Assembly: GCA_021157415.1 (NCBI GenBank)
Contig: JAGGWN010000094.1
Span: 33,892-97,891, forward strand
Length of the DNA stretch: 64,000 nucleotides
DNA from: Bacteroidales bacterium
GTDB taxonomy: Bacteria; Bacteroidota; Bacteroidia; Bacteroidales; VadinHA17
Reading direction: 5' to 3'
In this document: piece after piece, positions 28,847 to 38,850 of the stretch
Layout of the letters: every line of letters starts with the position of its first letter
Numbering within the stretch: position 1 is the first letter of the stretch
Made by a program: the position numbers and the translations under genes
The notes under the pieces: generated by a model
What the model saw: the letters and a program-made list of their open reading frames with translations, nothing else
Databases searched by the model: none
What the model was told of the DNA's origin: nothing

Positions 28847-29298
28847 GGTCAGAATCCTATTTTCAGAATGAACTACCCCGGAGCAAAGCCCAGAGGTATC
28901 ACAAGGAATTATTTGTTTCCGACCCAGAGGGTCGGGGAATTAAACCATTTCTTCTCGTCCGCCATAGCGGAACGCGAATGCGGATTAAAAAAATCAATAG
29001 CATATTTTCCTGTCAACTAAAATTTCTTTTTTCGCCTGTTAAAGATAAATTATGCGTATTGTTTAACTTTTTGCCTTTCCCATTTGGAAATTTTCACCTG
29101 CCACAGGACAGGCAGGAGGGAATGCCAGCTGTCTGAAGAAGTAAAAAAGCATAATATCAACACTTATTATAAAGTTATATAAATATTTATAATGATTATC
29201 TAAAGTATAACTTTATTTAGTAACCCATGTGCGTTTTTTATCGGGTGTTATAAAAGTGTTGTAAAAAAGCATATTTTTCTCCTAAAACAACAACAGGT

Positions 29299-30153
29299 TC
29301 AATCCATCAACGCATACAACCATTTTATTTCTTCCGCCCAGAGGGTATCATCGGGAGTTTCCAGGATCAGCGGGATATCATCCAACCGGGGATCATTCAT
29401 AATGCGCTTAAACACCTCGGGGCCCAGGTACCCTTTTCCCAGGTTATCATGGCGGTCAACATGAGAACCAAGTTCTTTTTTAGAATCATTTAGGTGCATA
29501 CCTTTCAGATAGGATAATCCGATTATCTCATCAAACTGTTTAAATGTTTCTTCATAACCTTCAGCGGTTTTGATGTCATAGCCCGCAGCATAAGCATGGC
29601 AGGTATCAATGCACACGCCCACCCTGCTGCGGTCTTCCACACGATCTATGATAAAGCGGATCTGCTCAAAGGAAAAGCCCAGATTGGTTCCCTGGCCGGC
29701 CGTATTCTCGATCACGGCAGTCACGCCCCGGGTTTTGTCGAGGACAATGTTGATGGATTCGGAGATGGTTTTCAGACATTGTTCTTCAGAGATTTTGTTA
29801 AGATGACTACCGGGATGAAAGTTCAGACGATTCAATCCCAGTTGTTCACACCGTTGCATCTCATCCAGGAAAGCATTTCTGGATTTTTCCAGTCCTTCTT
29901 TTTCCGGGTGACCCAGATTAATCAGGTAGCTGTCGTGCGGCAGGATGTGATCAGGATGATATTCATATTTAGCCAGATTTTCACGGAAAGCATGAATACT
30001 TTCCTTCGTCAGAGGTTTAGCCACCCACTGCCGTTGGTTTTTGGTAAACAGGGCAAATGCTTTTGCTCCTATTTTATGGGCATTTAACGGAGCGTTTTCG
30101 ACTCCTCCCGAAGCACTTACATGCGCTCCCACAAATTTTTTCATTCGTTGCAA
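29299..30153 (-). CDS. nfo: Endonuclease IV (deoxyribonuclease IV)
   Basis: 284 aa. [33 protein letters not shown], ..HDSYLINL.., [36 protein letters not shown]. The start may be the ATG at 30144. Confidence 0.9.
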   Translation of the reverse strand: MQRMKKFVGAHVSASGGVENAPLNAHKIGAKAFALFTKNQRQWVAKPLTKESIHAFRENLAKYEYHPDHILPHDSYLINLGHPEKEGLEKSRNAFLDEMQRCEQLGLNRLNFHPGSHLNKISEEQCLKTISESINIVLDKTRGVTAVIENTAGQGTNLGFSFEQIRFIIDRVEDRSRVGVCIDTCHAYAAGYDIKTAEGYEETFKQFDEIIGLSYLKGMHLNDSKKELGSHVDRHDNLGKGYLGPEVFKRIMNDPRLDDIPLILETPDDTLWAEEIKWLYALMD

Positions 30154-30192
30154 TAATTTTAGTCAACATTCATTTTTCCCCGACCATCCTTT

Positions 30193-32988
30193 TTAATGTG
30201 CTTCCAGCCAGTTCCGGCCGGTACCATAATCTACGGTCAACGGGACTTTCAACTTTACCACATGTTCCATCTCATACACCACCTGCTCAATCACATCCTC
30301 TTTTTCCGGGATATACATATCAAACAACAGTTCGTCATGTACCTGCAGGATCATCTTTGTTTTCCGGGTGTTTTTTTCCAACAGTTTCTGGATACGTATC
30401 ATAGCCAATTTAATGATGTCGGCGGCAGAACCCTGAATGGGAGCATTAATGGCATTACGTTCAGCCATACTCCGGATAAATGAATTGCCCGAATTAATAT
30501 CCCGCAAATAACGTCTGCGACCCATGATGGTTTCGGCAAATCCCTTTTCGCGGGCTGTTCGGATACTGGCTTCCATGTATTTTTTTACGCCGGGAAAAGA
30601 GTGAAAATAACCGTCTATCAGCTCTTTTGCTTTGGTGCGGGAGATGTTCAGCCGTTGTGCCAGGCCGAAAGAAGAAATCCCGTAAATGATCCCGAAATTG
30701 GCCGTTTTGGCATGACTGCGCATCTCACGGGTCACTCCTTCCAAAGGTACATTATAGATCTTCGCCGCCGTGGCAGCATGAATATCCTGATTTTCCAGAA
30801 AAGCCTGTATCATGCTTTCATCCTGACTGAGATGTGCCATCAGTCGCAATTCAATCTGCGAATAATCCGCAGACAAGATCAGATATTGTTCACCGGAAGA
30901 AACAAAAGCCTTCCGTATTTCCCGCCCGCGTTCTTCACGCACCGGAATGTTCTGCAGGTTAGGATTGGCAGAACTCAACCGACCGGTAACGGCAATAGCT
31001 TGATTAAATTCCGTATGGATGCGTCCCGTTTTTGGATGTATCAGCCCGGGTAACGTTTCAACGTATGAAGACAAAAGCTTGCGGATGGATCGGTAATCGA
31101 GCACTTTTTCAATGATCGGATGTTTTCCTTTCAATTGGGTCAACACCTCTTCACTGGTAGAGTATTGTTTGGTTTTGGTTTTTTTTGCATTGTCCACGAT
31201 CTTCATTTTCTCAAACAAGACTTCCCCCAGCTGTTTTGGCGAAGAAATATTAAATTCCACCCCGGCTATTTCATAGATTTTTTTCTCAAGTTTCCGCAGC
31301 TCTTCCTTCAGGGTTTTTTCGTATTGCTTCAACACTTCCGGGTCTAAGCGCATGCCGGTGCGTTCCATTTCCAGTAACACATGCACCAGGGGCATTTCTA
31401 TCTCTCCGGCCAGCTTATCCTGCCCGTTTTTTTTAAGTTCCGGTTCGAGCACTTCCTTCAGTTGCCACGTCAGGTCAGCGTCCTCAGCTGCATATTCTTT
31501 AATGATTTCAGTTTCAACCATACGCATGCTACGTTGATTTTTCCCTCTTTTTCCGATAAGTGTTTCAATGGACACCGGCCTGTAGCCCAATAAGGTTTCC
31601 GACATATCGTTCAGATTGTGCCGTTGCTCGGGATAGAGCAGATAATGTGCCAGCATGGTATCAAAGAGCGCCCCCCGAACATGAATCCCGTAATTTTCCA
31701 ACATGTGTATGTCAAACTTCATGTTCTGTCCCACCTTACGAATATTGGGGGCTTCAAAAGCCGGCTTCAGTAACATCAACCTGTTGATAGCGCTATTTCT
31801 TTCCTCAGGCAGGGAAATATAGTACCCTTCGTGGGCTTTGAAAGAAAAAGAAAGGCCCACGATTTCCGCATCCAAAAAGTTTAGTCCGGTGGTTTCGGTA
31901 TCGAAACAAAACTCTTTCAGTCCGGACAGGGTTTCCGCCAGTTCTTTTATTTTTTCGTCTGTGTCCAGAAAATAATAGTTATGAAGCACACTGTCAATCG
32001 TTTCTTTTCCGTCGGATGTTCTGTCATTGTCGGAAGCAAGCTGTTCAAAAAGGTTTCCCTGAATATGTGTTCCTGGAACGTCACCCTCCTGTTCCTTAGG
32101 GGGTATTACCCGTTGCAGAAGGGTTTTGAATTCCAGTTCCCTGAACAAATTCCGGATTGCTTCTTCATCCAGTCCTGAATTTTCAAACAGTTTTTCATCG
32201 AAAGACACAGGCACATCGGTACGTATGGTAACCAGATCGCGTGAAAGGAGGATCTGATCTCTGTTTTGGATCAATGTCTCCCTGAGTTTTCCGGATAGTT
32301 CGTCAATATGATCATAGATGTTTTCCAGAGAACCGTAATGGTTGATCAGTTTCTTAGCCGTTTTTTCACCGATACCCGGAGCTCCGGGTATATTGTCGGA
32401 CGCATCTCCCCAGAGCGCCAACACATCGATCACCTGCCGGGGATGTTCCACGTGAAAATATTCAGGCAGGTCTTTGGCTCCCACCTGCTCTATTTCATTC
32501 TTTTTGGTACGTGGTTTCAGGAGGAAGACTTTTTCGGAAAGTAACTGCAGATAATCCTTGTCCGGGGTAACCATAAACGTTCTGTAACCCTTAACTTCCG
32601 CCTGGCGTGACAAAGTGCCGATCACATCATCCGCCTCATAGCCGGGCTGCTCCAGCACCGGTATCCGGTAGGCTTCAGCCAGTTTTTTTATATAGGGAAC
32701 GGCAATCCTGATGTCTTCGGGGGTTGTATCGCGGTTAGCTTTGTATTCAGGATAAATTTTATGACGGAACGTAGGGCGGGGAGGATCAAACACAATGGCA
32801 AGATGGGTAGGATGATACTTTTTAAGCAATTCTTCAAGCGTAGTAACAAAACCAAATATAGCAGAAGTATTTAACCCTGTTGAAGAGATTCGCGGATTAC
32901 GGATAAATGCAAAATAAGCCCTGAAAATCAATGCATAGGCATCCAACAGGTAAAGCTCCTTTTTTTCGTGTTCAGGAATTTTGTTCAT
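30193..32988 (-). CDS. polA: DNA polymerase I
   Basis: 931 aa. 5'-nuclease N-terminus (LLDAYALIFRAYFA), 3'-5' exo-like domain, and polymerase motifs (SADYSQIELRLMAH, RSHAKTANFGIIYG, LQVHDELLF). Confidence 0.95.
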   Translation of the reverse strand: MNKIPEHEKKELYLLDAYALIFRAYFAFIRNPRISSTGLNTSAIFGFVTTLEELLKKYHPTHLAIVFDPPRPTFRHKIYPEYKANRDTTPEDIRIAVPYIKKLAEAYRIPVLEQPGYEADDVIGTLSRQAEVKGYRTFMVTPDKDYLQLLSEKVFLLKPRTKKNEIEQVGAKDLPEYFHVEHPRQVIDVLALWGDASDNIPGAPGIGEKTAKKLINHYGSLENIYDHIDELSGKLRETLIQNRDQILLSRDLVTIRTDVPVSFDEKLFENSGLDEEAIRNLFRELEFKTLLQRVIPPKEQEGDVPGTHIQGNLFEQLASDNDRTSDGKETIDSVLHNYYFLDTDEKIKELAETLSGLKEFCFDTETTGLNFLDAEIVGLSFSFKAHEGYYISLPEERNSAINRLMLLKPAFEAPNIRKVGQNMKFDIHMLENYGIHVRGALFDTMLAHYLLYPEQRHNLNDMSETLLGYRPVSIETLIGKRGKNQRSMRMVETEIIKEYAAEDADLTWQLKEVLEPELKKNGQDKLAGEIEMPLVHVLLEMERTGMRLDPEVLKQYEKTLKEELRKLEKKIYEIAGVEFNISSPKQLGEVLFEKMKIVDNAKKTKTKQYSTSEEVLTQLKGKHPIIEKVLDYRSIRKLLSSYVETLPGLIHPKTGRIHTEFNQAIAVTGRLSSANPNLQNIPVREERGREIRKAFVSSGEQYLILSADYSQIELRLMAHLSQDESMIQAFLENQDIHAATAAKIYNVPLEGVTREMRSHAKTANFGIIYGISSFGLAQRLNISRTKAKELIDGYFHSFPGVKKYMEASIRTAREKGFAETIMGRRRYLRDINSGNSFIRSMAERNAINAPIQGSAADIIKLAMIRIQKLLEKNTRKTKMILQVHDELLFDMYIPEKEDVIEQVVYEMEHVVKLKVPLTVDYGTGRNWLEAH

Positions 32989-32994
32989 GCAGTA

Positions 32995-33444
32995 TCAAAG
33001 GTTATCTTCCAGGAGCCACTCCGCATAACTGTTCTCGGTCTCATACAACTGCAATTTTACCAATTCTGCTTTATCCGGCAGTTCCTTTGTCAGGATCTCC
33101 ACAAAATACGATAACAGGTTCTCACTTGTTGGCTGGAAAGGGGTTAGTTCATACTTATCAAACATCTGTTCTACTTGAGTGAGGAAACCATGAGGGGCTG
33201 CATGGCTCACCACCACACAATGGTCATATCTCTTCACAATCAACCGGTTCACGATTTTTTTCAGATCGCCGAAATCCATCACCATTCCGTTTTTTACATC
33301 CTTCTCATCCTGCACAGGTTCGCCCCGGACCGTAACAAAAAGCTTATAAGAATGGCCATGGATATTTTTACAGGCTCCGTCATAGTTCCAGAGCGCATGT
33401 GCCATTTCAAAATCAAATTTTTTTGTGATTCTTATCTTTGCCAT
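32995..33444 (-). CDS. queD: 6-carboxy-5,6,7,8-tetrahydropterin synthase
   Basis: 149 aa. FDFEMAHAL..YDGACKNIHGHSYKLFVTV...MVMDFGDLK. Confidence 0.9.
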   Translation of the reverse strand: MAKIRITKKFDFEMAHALWNYDGACKNIHGHSYKLFVTVRGEPVQDEKDVKNGMVMDFGDLKKIVNRLIVKRYDHCVVVSHAAPHGFLTQVEQMFDKYELTPFQPTSENLLSYFVEILTKELPDKAELVKLQLYETENSYAEWLLEDNL

Positions 33445-33529
33445 GGACCTGTTGCGTTACTATCCAACACAAAGATAGGTAAATTACAGTAAAAAGATAA
33501 GATATAAAAGCTATAAGTAATAAATCCCC

Positions 33530-33548
33530 GGGGCGGTTTTACGACCCC
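33530..33548 (-). terminator. Candidate terminator hairpin after the ArsR-family gene
   Basis: GGGGCG-gtttta-CG(a)CCCC forms a 6-bp GC stem with one bulge, about 40 nt downstream of the stop at 33589. On the minus strand it is followed by GGGGATTTATTACTTAT. Confidence 0.35.
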
Positions 33549-33588
33549 TCACTCTCATCATAATCATCCAAACAAATTCATGAATCTT

Positions 33589-33882
33589 TTATGCATTCTT
33601 ACTTATACAATCCAGGATCTGATTGATGTTATCGTATTTCAGGAAATAGTAAGTGTTTTTCCCTTCCCGTTTGGAAGCAAGAACACCTTTATCCTTTAAT
33701 ATTCCCAGATGATGTGAGGTGGTAGATTGTTCTATCCCCAGCAAATTATGAATTTCCGTAACCGTCAACGATCCTTTTTCCTCCAGATAGTTCAATATGG
33801 AAATCCGCATTGGATGAGCAATCGCTTTCAGGATATTCGTCGCCCGTTCCAGCTGTTCCAGTGATAACTTTCTTTTTGCCAT
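33589..33882 (-). CDS. ArsR/SmtB family transcriptional regulator
   Basis: 97 aa. ILKAIAHPMRISILNYLEE.GSLTVTEIHNLLGIEQSTTSHHLGILKDKGVL..KREGKNTYY winged-HTH pattern. Confidence 0.8.
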   Translation of the reverse strand: MAKRKLSLEQLERATNILKAIAHPMRISILNYLEEKGSLTVTEIHNLLGIEQSTTSHHLGILKDKGVLASKREGKNTYYFLKYDNINQILDCISKNA

Positions 33883-34017
33883 TATCTTCTCTGATTATAA
33901 ATGCAAATATATAAATATGTTAACATACAGGGTAAGATTTTTATCATATTCCCGTTAAAATATTACATGTTATAAGGCATAATTTTTAATTTTACTTTAT
34001 ACAACCGTTATTAAACC

Positions 34018-34998
34018 ATGATATCCATGAGCCTGGAAGAGATTAAGAAGCCCATTGCCAAAGAGTTAAAAGAGTTTGATGCTTATTTTTCCTCTTCTGT
34101 CAAAGGATCCAGTTCTTTGCTTAATATCGTCACGCATTTTATACTCCGTAAAAAAGGAAAACAAATGCGGCCCATGTTCGTTTTTCTGACTTCAGATATG
34201 CTGGGAGGGATCAACCCACGCACATATACGGCTGCCACCCTGATCGAGTTATTGCATACTGCCACCCTCATCCACGATGATGTGGTCGATGAATCCTTTG
34301 AAAGACGGGGGTTTTTTACCGTCAATGCTCTCTGGAAATCGAAGGTAGCGGTCCTTACCGGAGACTATCTGCTGGCCAAAGGGTTGTTGCTGACCGTGAA
34401 AAATAAAGACTATGATATGCTGGAGATCGTTTCACGTGCTGTCAGGGATATGAGTGAGGGAGAGCTGGACCAGATACAGAAAACCAAAAAGTTGAATATC
34501 ACAGAAAAAGATTATTTCTCAATCATCCGGATGAAGACAGCCTCTCTCTTCTCTGCCTGTACGGAATGCGGGGCCATGGCCGTCACCGGTGATAAAACCG
34601 TGATGGAGGCCATGCGGCGTTTCGGGGAAGCCATGGGGATTGCCTTTCAAATCCGGGATGACATTTTTGATTACCAGTATAACGGCATGGCCGGCAAACC
34701 GATGGGCAATGATCTGAAAGAAAAAAAACTTACGCTGCCTGTTATCTATACATTGTCACAATCTTCTCCGGCAGAAAGGATGAAGCTACGTTCTGCCATC
34801 CGGCGTGCCGGAAAAGACCGCCGGGCCGTACGGGAGATTATTGACCTGGTGAATGACAAAAGGGGAATAGATTATGCCGTCATGGTGATGGAAGAATATA
34901 AGCAAAAGGCGCTGGCCATTCTGAAAAACTTTCCGGACAACCAAGCCAGGCACAGCCTGATGCAGCTGGCAGAGTATGCTGTGGGAAGAAAAAAATGA
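34018..34998 (+). CDS. ispB: Polyprenyl diphosphate synthase (octaprenyl-diphosphate synthase-like)
   Basis: 326 aa. First DDxxD motif LIHDDVVDES and second FQIRDDIFDY, plus GKQMRP and KT(A)SLF. Confidence 0.8.
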   Translation: MISMSLEEIKKPIAKELKEFDAYFSSSVKGSSSLLNIVTHFILRKKGKQMRPMFVFLTSDMLGGINPRTYTAATLIELLHTATLIHDDVVDESFERRGFFTVNALWKSKVAVLTGDYLLAKGLLLTVKNKDYDMLEIVSRAVRDMSEGELDQIQKTKKLNITEKDYFSIIRMKTASLFSACTECGAMAVTGDKTVMEAMRRFGEAMGIAFQIRDDIFDYQYNGMAGKPMGNDLKEKKLTLPVIYTLSQSSPAERMKLRSAIRRAGKDRRAVREIIDLVNDKRGIDYAVMVMEEYKQKALAILKNFPDNQARHSLMQLAEYAVGRKK

Positions 34999-35031
34999 AG
35001 ACCGGGCCTTCAGGCAGAAGTACCCCCGGTA

Positions 35032-37473
35032 TTAAAATTCCAACCTGTATTGCAACATAAATTTACGCATGGGCTCGGCTTTCAGCGGCCTCAGTGAATA
35101 CCAGCGATTCAACAGATTATTCACGATAAACCCTACTTTATGATGCTCCCCGATATCACAATTGATGCGGGCATCCAGGATGGTGTTTCCTTGGTTATGA
35201 TTGTTGTAATATTTACGATATAGTACCGGCTGCAGGGTCCCTCCGGCAGACTTGGTGGCATCTTCAAAATCAAAAATAGCTTTATCCAAATTTTCCGTTT
35301 TGCTGAAATATTTCATACTTCCGCCGATACCGAACTTCTTATAATCAAATTCCAGATCTATCTTCGCAGTATGTTTAAATCGGTATTTCAGAATTTTTCC
35401 GGAAGGATTCACGCTTGTTGTGTTGTAACTGAAGCCGGTGCTACCGCCGGGATTGTAATCATGTGCGAAAACATAATCCGGTTGTAACGTAACCGGGATC
35501 ATGTAAGTATATCCCATCAACACGTAAATATTAAAATTTTGGTTAATTTTAGCGATCCCGTTCAAAGAGAGATCCACGCCCGTAATTCTGGATTTTCCGG
35601 TATTGACAAATTTAAATCCGGCAAGTGCAAACGTATAGGTGGGATCCCAGAATCCAAACAAATATTCAATGGTGTTGTTGTACTCCTGATAAAAATAAGC
35701 TCCATCCAGATATCCGTAAAATCGGCTTAATTTGAAACCCTGCTTAACACCAATTTCGGCATTCCAGCTTGTCTCCGGTTCCAGGGCCGGATTGTTAAAG
35801 ACCCCGAAACTTCCTACGTTGGTACGGATATAACGTTCGGTGATCGTAGGAAAACGGTAGCCCTGGCCCATAGACATGCGCAGATAGGTTTCCTGACCGA
35901 GTTTCAGGTTGGCTCCGAAACGGAAAATGGGTTTAGTATCCATAATGGTGTCATTCAGCACAAAATGTTCAATCCTCGTTCCTCCGGACAAAGTAAGGGC
36001 ATTGCCAAACTTTTTTTCAAGTTCCATGAACAGGGATATGTTCCACAAATCATTTACCGGTGATCCGGAAGCAGCATACATATTAGCATTACTGCTTGTA
36101 AAACTACTGACAGCGCCCCCTATGAATTCCAGATCACCCAGGTTGGAAAAGCTCTTGGAATACTGGTATTGATTATAAAGCATAAACATTTTATTGGACT
36201 GATCATTGATCAGGTCATTATCGGAAACAAAGATTCTGTTGGTAAAGGTATGTTTGCTCCCCATGCCCGTATAATAACTAACAAAAGGATCGAGATACCA
36301 GGTCAGGTGGGTCCCCAACAACACCGCTCCGGGATAAGCTCTGTAGAAATGGGTGGTATCGTCCAGCCAGGCCAGGGCTGTACTGCTTTTCGAATACATG
36401 AAATTTCCGTTTATGCCATAGGACAATCCTTTGACCTGCCTGGCACGGTGCTTAAAATTGAAATTAAAACGAGCTTTGTCGTTGACCATATCCTTGTCCT
36501 CAATACCGGTAGTATCTATCACCAGCGGACCCGGCTTAGGGGCACCTATATAATTTTTTTCTTTCAGAACAAAACCCCCTATCACAAGGTCGGTATAACC
36601 ATCGTTGATTTTGCGGGCATGCAGGAAACTGGCACCTACGCCGGTGTTTATTCCGCTCCACCACCCGGATGCCGGTGCCGGAGGATGGTCATACATACTG
36701 GTAAAGACTTTTACCTTTGTTTTCGGGATGAGCCCCGGATAAGCCGTACGGATGTAGATGGCTCCACTCAGTGCTGCCGATCCCGACAGTACTGACGACG
36801 CACCCTTCACCACTTCGACCTGTTTGATGTTTTCTATAGGAATCAGCGACCAGTCAGGTTTCCCGTTATCGCCCGACATAAGCGGAAGATTATCGATAAA
36901 TACGGCTACCTTACTACCCACCCCGAATGTAAACCCACTTCCCCCCCGAATCTGTGGTTCTTCATCCAGGATTGTCAGCCCCGGCGTCATATTCAAAGCC
37001 GTCTCAATGGTCGTAGTATTCCTGGAATCTATCAAACGAGGTTTCAAGACCTCCATGGATACGGTTTGATCTTCGAGCTTTTTGTCAAATTTTCCGGCTT
37101 TTATTACAACTTCCTTAAATTGTTCACTAAAGATCTCCATGGCGACATCCACTGTGATAGTCGAATCTGCAAAGACCGTAATTTCTTTTTCCGCGGTTTT
37201 CTTGCCCGTATAGGAATAAACAAAAGTGTAATGTCCCGGTTTACACCTTAGAACATAATGTCCGTTCAGGTCGCTGACCGTGCCCACCGTCATGTTGTGT
37301 TTTATGTAAATATTGGCCCCTACCAAAGGCTCTTTGGTATTCTTGTCTGTGATCATGCCCATGATTTCTCCTTTTTGGGCGAATGACGGAGAGGCCAGGA
37401 ACATGAGAAAGATTCCGCTGCATATCCATAGATGTTTCTTACAGCCAGGCATCTTATGTTTGCTCCAAATCAT
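35032..37473 (-). CDS. TonB-dependent receptor (CarboxypepD_reg + plug + barrel), no SusD partner
   Basis: 813 aa. GMITDKNTKEPLVGANIYIK, plug TIETALNMTPGLTILDE...IRGGSG, GYRFPTITERY...NNPALEPETS, C-terminal ...LQYRLEF. The start may be the internal ATG at 37452. Confidence 0.85.
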   Translation of the reverse strand: MIWSKHKMPGCKKHLWICSGIFLMFLASPSFAQKGEIMGMITDKNTKEPLVGANIYIKHNMTVGTVSDLNGHYVLRCKPGHYTFVYSYTGKKTAEKEITVFADSTITVDVAMEIFSEQFKEVVIKAGKFDKKLEDQTVSMEVLKPRLIDSRNTTTIETALNMTPGLTILDEEPQIRGGSGFTFGVGSKVAVFIDNLPLMSGDNGKPDWSLIPIENIKQVEVVKGASSVLSGSAALSGAIYIRTAYPGLIPKTKVKVFTSMYDHPPAPASGWWSGINTGVGASFLHARKINDGYTDLVIGGFVLKEKNYIGAPKPGPLVIDTTGIEDKDMVNDKARFNFNFKHRARQVKGLSYGINGNFMYSKSSTALAWLDDTTHFYRAYPGAVLLGTHLTWYLDPFVSYYTGMGSKHTFTNRIFVSDNDLINDQSNKMFMLYNQYQYSKSFSNLGDLEFIGGAVSSFTSSNANMYAASGSPVNDLWNISLFMELEKKFGNALTLSGGTRIEHFVLNDTIMDTKPIFRFGANLKLGQETYLRMSMGQGYRFPTITERYIRTNVGSFGVFNNPALEPETSWNAEIGVKQGFKLSRFYGYLDGAYFYQEYNNTIEYLFGFWDPTYTFALAGFKFVNTGKSRITGVDLSLNGIAKINQNFNIYVLMGYTYMIPVTLQPDYVFAHDYNPGGSTGFSYNTTSVNPSGKILKYRFKHTAKIDLEFDYKKFGIGGSMKYFSKTENLDKAIFDFEDATKSAGGTLQPVLYRKYYNNHNQGNTILDARINCDIGEHHKVGFIVNNLLNRWYSLRPLKAEPMRKFMLQYRLEF

Positions 37474-38432
37474 CTTACCATTACCTTCCGGGAAAACGTT
37501 TCTTTCCCGTTAGATCCCCGAACAATAAAAATGCCTTTTTGTCCCGGATTCAAGGTTACTTCTTCTCCTGCAGCGATTTTTTTCCGGAAGATCTTTCGTC
37601 CCAGAATATCGGTGACAACCACTTGATACCCGGCAGTGATGTTCGAATCCATCCGTATATGAATGTTCCCGAAGGACGCATAAACAAAGAATATTTCCTG
37701 ACGAATAGATTTTTTTAGTGCCGGTACATCATTATATACAAAAGAAATGTCGTCAAGCCATATTTCACTCCCGGCCACCGCCGCTTTCCCGTCTCCTGAA
37801 TTCAGAATAAAAAGATAATACTCCGGTTTACGATCGTCAAAATATTCGAAAGGGACAGCAAAGCGGGTCCATTCCGTAACTGTTTCCGGTGGCGTTTTGA
37901 ACATCGCTTTTCCAACGAGCCGGGTTGAATCATCATCCGAACCGGGTTTTTGATAATATCCCACATGAAGATCCACATCCACTACCCCTTTGTCATTGCC
38001 TGTGGAATTGTACTTATACCATCCCACCAGACTGTCCGGCCTGGAATCTATGCGAGAATTCCAGCGAGTGTCGGTAGTATCCGTAAAGACATAGCCATTG
38101 TCGGGATTCATATCAGCGTGTACCCGTCCGTTGGTGATTGTTCCGGTAGCCACAACTCCAAAAATGGAAATATTTGTCAGGTACACCGAATAATTTCCAC
38201 TATGTGCATCGGGTGATAACCTCCAGACCACCGGAGCCACATTGCTCAGGCTGGGGTTATCCGAGGTTTTCAGGGAACTCCAGTTAACAGGTTCCATCAG
38301 GGTAGAATCCAGACCTGCTGGTATCTCCCAATTTTCAAACCCCCCGTTTTCCACTGAAAAAATTGCTTTCTGAGAAAAAGCAAACCCGGAAATAAATATC
38401 AATACGATTGTGAAAAATAAATATTTTCTCAT
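37470..38432 (-). CDS. Secreted PCMD-like domain protein with T9SS C-terminal sorting domain
   Basis: 320 aa. Signal MRKYLFFTIVLIFISGFAFSQ. N-terminal FSVENGGFENWE (PCMD-type start, from memory). The C-terminal ~75 aa (..YQVVVTDILGRKIFRKKIAAGEEVTLNPGQKGIFIVRGSNGKETFSRKVMVR) has the type-A Por/T9SS CTD pattern. The stop overlaps the TBDR start in ATGA. Confidence 0.6.
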   Translation of the reverse strand: MRKYLFFTIVLIFISGFAFSQKAIFSVENGGFENWEIPAGLDSTLMEPVNWSSLKTSDNPSLSNVAPVVWRLSPDAHSGNYSVYLTNISIFGVVATGTITNGRVHADMNPDNGYVFTDTTDTRWNSRIDSRPDSLVGWYKYNSTGNDKGVVDVDLHVGYYQKPGSDDDSTRLVGKAMFKTPPETVTEWTRFAVPFEYFDDRKPEYYLFILNSGDGKAAVAGSEIWLDDISFVYNDVPALKKSIRQEIFFVYASFGNIHIRMDSNITAGYQVVVTDILGRKIFRKKIAAGEEVTLNPGQKGIFIVRGSNGKETFSRKVMVR

Positions 38433-38586
38433 ACCTCTATTGTTTATTTTTTTTCAAATATGGGTCTTTTGGACATATAAAAATATTACATTCTTCTGAT
38501 ATAGGTATTATATCGCCATGCTTTTTCAATATTTGAAAAACCACATCATCCATCAAAGCGTTTGGTATATTTCTGGCATTCATTCC

Positions 38587-38850
38587 TTAAGAGTTATTTC
38601 CGGCATGAGTCAGTCTGAAATCAGAAAGAATATCACCGAACATTTCATACAGGTCGTGTTCGGCAATTTCCAACGAATCATCCTCCGAAATATTCATATA
38701 AGGAATATCCGCATTGGCATACAACAGCACATTTTCTTCCACGATCTTCATGATCGTAAAACTAACGAATCCATTGGTATATACGCCGGGTATAAGCGTA
38801 TCCCCGGGCAAACCGATTTTTACGGCAAGGTTTTTTTTAATTTTTTCCAT
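38587..38850 (-). CDS. Small acidic hypothetical protein
   Basis: 87-aa ORF (MEKIKKNLAVKIGLPGDTLIPGVYTNGFVSF...). Its composition looks protein-like, unlike the overlapping 168-aa plus-strand ORF. No family recognised. Confidence 0.35.
   Translation of the reverse strand: MEKIKKNLAVKIGLPGDTLIPGVYTNGFVSFTIMKIVEENVLLYANADIPYMNISEDDSLEIAEHDLYEMFGDILSDFRLTHAGNNS

Noticed and set aside
36169-36795. A 208-aa plus-strand ORF antisense to the TonB-dependent receptor. Similar cases are 6015..6569 (-, 184 aa, inside the PEP-utilising gene), 15359..15871 (-, 170 aa, inside the UxaE-like gene) and 40469..41026 (+, 185 aa, inside uvrC).
   Set aside because: All lie fully within well-supported genes on the other strand and have no recognisable motifs. 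They are treated as shadow ORFs.
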